From Rhizaria sp. SCN 62-66 (lineage: Eukaryota): a DNA stretch of 64,000 bases. The notes beneath the pieces were generated by a model. That model had not been told where the DNA came from, ran no database searches, and was given only the letters and a program-made list of their open reading frames with translations. Every line of letters starts with the position of its first letter. Positions within the stretch are counted from its first letter, which is position 1. Positions 60,916 to 64,000 of this stretch are shown here, one piece after another. The DNA is taken from contig MEDY01000029.1 of assembly GCA_001724265.1 (NCBI GenBank), positions 1 through 64,000 of the forward strand, read 5' to 3'. A program made the position numbers and the translations under genes.

Positions 60916-63900
60916 TCATTCTTCGACGTCAAGTAGCGCGTCGCTGTCGGCGCCCTGGCTCAATAAGCTCGCATTAAGCCGCTCGCAGTAACCCAGAAAC
61001 GTCAGCAAATCGTTCGAATTGCGGTAATAGCCACGTGGTGTCATCCTCGCACGCTTGACAACCGCGCTCCATAGCGACGGCTGCTGTTGCTGCTGCTGCT
61101 GCGTCCCAGTTGCAGTCCCAGTCGCAGAGGCCGTCGTAGCGCTTGTGTTACTTGAGCACAGCAGCGACGCCCGCCCAAATACGATCAAGTGCCTCTTGGC
61201 GCGCGACAGCGACACGCAGAGCCGGTTCGCGTTGTCAATGAAGGACGCGCTCTCGCCGCCCTGCTGCGCTTGAGACGGGTACTGAGTCTGTGTTTTCACA
61301 CACGACATGACGATGATCTCGCGTTCACCGCCCTGAAACGCGTCCACGGTCGACACCAACACACCCGTGGGCGCATAGACAGTGTAGTCCTCTTCAGCGT
61401 TAGCTTCCACGGTCGAATCAGGAGCATATGCAGAGCCGTCATTTCCATCCAAGTTATTGATGCAACTGCTTTCGCCAGCGTTATGAAAGCTCGAGTCGGC
61501 GACAGCTGCAAGAGCCGCCTTCTTACTGTACAGCCCCGCTCCAGACTGCCCGTGAGCACCCGCACGCCCCGCAGCAGCCGCCCCCGTATTCGCAGCAGCA
61601 CCAGCAGCAGCAGCAGCAGCGGTCTGCGGCAAGAACTCGGCCGCGAACGCCCTGTCCGCCGCCAGTGTCTCAAGCGCGGTCCTGATCGCGCTCGCTTGCG
61701 CCCGGAACGGCACGATTACGCCGACGCAGCGCGCAGGTACCCGCAGCAGCAGCAGGCGCGCGACCGTGGAGACGACCGCGGCGGCCTCTGCCGGATTGGA
61801 CAGGGACCCGCTGGCGGCGGAGACGCGCTCCTCGCGGCCGTCGGGCACGTCGCAGAAGACTACCGGCGGCAGCGCGGGGATGGTGCTGACCGCGCGCGGC
61901 CCGGGCGCCGCGGGGGCTAGAAGCAGGGGCGCGCGGGCGGCGGCGGCGACGCCGCTGGTAAGGCGGCCGCGGTAGAAGAGGCCGCTGAGCAGGTCGGCGA
62001 TGGCGGGGTGGACGCGGTACTGCATGCGCAGACGGACTAAGCGGACGCAGACGGGGCCACCGGCGGTGGCCGCGCGACTGCTCGCGAAGGCGGCATTGTT
62101 GCGAGGAGTGCTTACGGCAGTCGAGATAGCGCCGGAGAGGTCGCTGGGAGTATCTGTATGTGTGTTCGTAGCTACGGTTGCGCTGCAATCGTTATCGTCA
62201 ACAGTGATTGCAAAGCGGGCGAGCCGGACGAACAGCGACCTTCCCAGGCCCGCAATCGCACCAGGGTCGCTCAGGCTCCCGCCCCCATTGCTGCTCACCA
62301 CAGCGGCAGGGTCGCCATCGCCTGCATCGGGCTCGCCAGTATCCGTGCCGACCGCGGCCTCCGCCGCCCGCGCGGCCGCCCGGTACGCCGGCGGCGCCCA
62401 GGGCAGCCCCGCGAGCGCGGTCAGCGCGGGCAGCGTCGGTGGCAGCTGCAGCGGGTCGCCCACCAGCGCCACGGCCTCGGCGCCGGCCCGCAGCAGCGGC
62501 AGCAGCGCCAGCGGCTCCGTCGTCTGACTCGCCTCGTCGATAAAGCCCAGGGCGAAGCGCTGTCCGCGCAGCGCGTCCGAGGACGAGGAGATGCAGGTGG
62601 TGCCGATGATGCGCGCTTTGAGCAGCCGCTGCGACCGCGTCTCGAGCGTCACGTCGCGACTGATGTGGCTGTATGAAGTGCTACTGTGTGCGAATAGAGA
62701 CGAGCCGCCGCGCGCTGTCTGCTTTTGAGTCGCGCCTGACTCCGACAGCGCGCGTAAGTGGGCGAGCTCGTCCTCGGCGTCCGCGATAGCAGCGCGCACG
62801 GCAGCCTCCTCATCGTCATCCTCGCTATCTACATCTGCCCTCGTGTGATTACTCCTGGCAGACGGCTTGGCTGCGGCTGCGTTACCGTTGCGGAACACGA
62901 GTTTCGCGGTGAAAAGCCCCGCCGCGGCCGTGGCGGTGCGCGAACGGCCCAACGCCGCCAGCCTGTCCCTGAGCGCGCGCAGCGATGACGTCACGGCCGC
63001 CACGGCGCTGCCGGCCGCGGACGCTGACGACGACGACGCACCGGCCTTGGTCCGCTTCCGCCCCTTCCCAGCAGGGCCAGAGCCCGGGCCAGAGTTCGCG
63101 GCGGCGGCGGCGTTCGGTGCGGCGAGGCCGTGCGCGGTGAAGGCGAGTAATCCTTTATCGATCTTCATCGCGGACCCGACGCGCGCGAACTCGCGGCAGC
63201 CAGCGCGGCGCAGGCGCAGCAACACGTTGTCCGCAGCCGTGTTGGTGTGCGCCGCGAGGAGGATCCGCACGGTGCACTCGGGGTCGAGCTCCGCCAGCGC
63301 GGTCGCGAGCATGAGCAGGCAGCAGGCGAGCAGGTGCGACTTACCGCTGCCGAAGACGCCGTGCACCAGCACCAGCGGCGCCACCGTGGCCCCACGAGTA
63401 CCATCAAGAGTACCGTGTGTTCCCGTGCGAGTGTCATGTGCTCCCGCGAAAGCGTCGTGCGTACTCGAACCATCCGCATGTGATGTCGCTGTCGCTGTAT
63501 AGAGGTCGGTGACCCACGCAGCGCACTGCTGCAGCACTGAGAACTGGTCGCCGTTGAGCGGAAACCGCGCTACCGCCGCGTCGCACGCTGCGGCGACGCG
63601 CGCGCGGGCCCAGTCAAGCCGGGACTGGGAGTGCAGCGCGCGCTGCAGCGCGGCCAGAGGCGGCAACAGCTGCGCTGCCGAGGGGGGTTCCGTGTGCAGC
63701 GCCGACCTGAAACCACCGTGACCGTGACCGTGACCTTGGACAGACGTCGCAGCGGCGCCGTCACTGCGCCAGCCAGCTGCGGTGTGCAGCGACGTGAGCA
63801 GCTCAGCCTGTTCGGCTGCGGTCGTCGGCATGGGCCGCCACAGCATCGGCGCCAGCGGCGCCGATGCCAGAGCTGCGACCACTGACAGCGGCAGCGGCGC

Positions 63901-64000
63901 CATGCCACTGCTGCTCAGAGTCGCCGCCCCGCCAGCGCCGTGCTGCGCGGGGTGCTGCGCGAACTGATGTTGTTGCCGTTGCTGCGGGGTGAGGGCGAAC
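60916..64000 (-). CDS. ZGRF1: ZGRF1-like SF1B (Upf1/DNA2-like) DNA helicase, 5'-truncated
   Basis: LNGDQ, motif I HGVFGSGKSHLL (ZGRF1-type GVFG), LLAAHTNTAADNVLL..RVGS..KI, DEASQ..EP, LVGDPLQLPP, LRMQYR, STVDAFQGGERE and NRLCVSLSRAKRHL. The frame is open to the window edge. Ends in TGA. Confidence 0.8.
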   Translation of the reverse strand, partial: FALTPQQRQQHQFAQHPAQHGAGGAATLSSSGMAPLPLSVVAALASAPLAPMLWRPMPTTAAEQAELLTSLHTAAGWRSDGAAATSVQGHGHGHGGFRSALHTEPPSAAQLLPPLAALQRALHSQSRLDWARARVAAACDAAVARFPLNGDQFSVLQQCAAWVTDLYTATATSHADGSSTHDAFAGAHDTRTGTHGTLDGTRGATVAPLVLVHGVFGSGKSHLLACCLLMLATALAELDPECTVRILLAAHTNTAADNVLLRLRRAGCREFARVGSAMKIDKGLLAFTAHGLAAPNAAAAANSGPGSGPAGKGRKRTKAGASSSSASAAGSAVAAVTSSLRALRDRLAALGRSRTATAAAGLFTAKLVFRNGNAAAAKPSARSNHTRADVDSEDDDEEAAVRAAIADAEDELAHLRALSESGATQKQTARGGSSLFAHSSTSYSHISRDVTLETRSQRLLKARIIGTTCISSSSDALRGQRFALGFIDEASQTTEPLALLPLLRAGAEAVALVGDPLQLPPTLPALTALAGLPWAPPAYRAAARAAEAAVGTDTGEPDAGDGDPAAVVSSNGGGSLSDPGAIAGLGRSLFVRLARFAITVDDNDCSATVATNTHTDTPSDLSGAISTAVSTPRNNAAFASSRAATAGGPVCVRLVRLRMQYRVHPAIADLLSGLFYRGRLTSGVAAAARAPLLLAPAAPGPRAVSTIPALPPVVFCDVPDGREERVSAASGSLSNPAEAAAVVSTVARLLLLRVPARCVGVIVPFRAQASAIRTALETLAADRAFAAEFLPQTAAAAAAGAAANTGAAAAGRAGAHGQSGAGLYSKKAALAAVADSSFHNAGESSCINNLDGNDGSAYAPDSTVEANAEEDYTVYAPTGVLVSTVDAFQGGEREIIVMSCVKTQTQYPSQAQQGGESASFIDNANRLCVSLSRAKRHLIVFGRASLLCSSNTSATTASATGTATGTQQQQQQQPSLWSAVVKRARMTPRGYYRNSNDLLTFLGYCERLNASLLSQGADSDALLDVEE

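Noticed and set aside
197-63967. Hundreds of overlapping antisense and alternative-frame ORFs in the ORF track
   Set aside because: They are shadows of GC-rich, stop-poor coding sequence with Arg/Pro/Ala-rich nonsense translations and no independent motifs.
1-64000. tRNA (especially with a CUA anticodon), rRNA, CRISPR array or transposase
   Set aside because: I recognised no cloverleaf, rRNA, spaced direct repeats or transposase/RT motifs by eye. A suppressor tRNA would have to lie elsewhere in the genome.

Overview
This window is gene-dense eukaryotic DNA, probably from a flagellated, mitochondriate protist. Exons are GC-rich and full of low-complexity Ala/Ser/Gly/Asn/Asp insertions. Introns are AT-rich, spliceosomal and about 85-225 nt, and most have GTACG donors. 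I reconstructed 16 protein genes by hand: RPS11 (3' end), ISCA2, a ~3200-aa CH-domain-like protein, a bacterial-type (Ni) glyoxalase I, a membrane GNAT, a GPI-anchored surface protein, a tandem copine-type C2 protein, an MPC1-MPC2 fusion, meiotic ZIP4/TEX11, TEDC1, an acidic Mrc1/Claspin-like protein, a bHLH-ZIP factor, an RIIa-domain protein, two orphans and a ZGRF1-like helicase (5'-truncated). The main discovery is an apparent non-standard nuclear genetic code. Six in-frame TAG codons interrupt otherwise continuous coding sequence in five genes, while all 16 genes end in TAA (9) or TGA (7) and none in TAG. This points to UAG being read as an amino acid (Gln favoured, Leu/Glu not excluded) while UAA stays a stop. 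All homology calls come from recalled motifs, not database searches.
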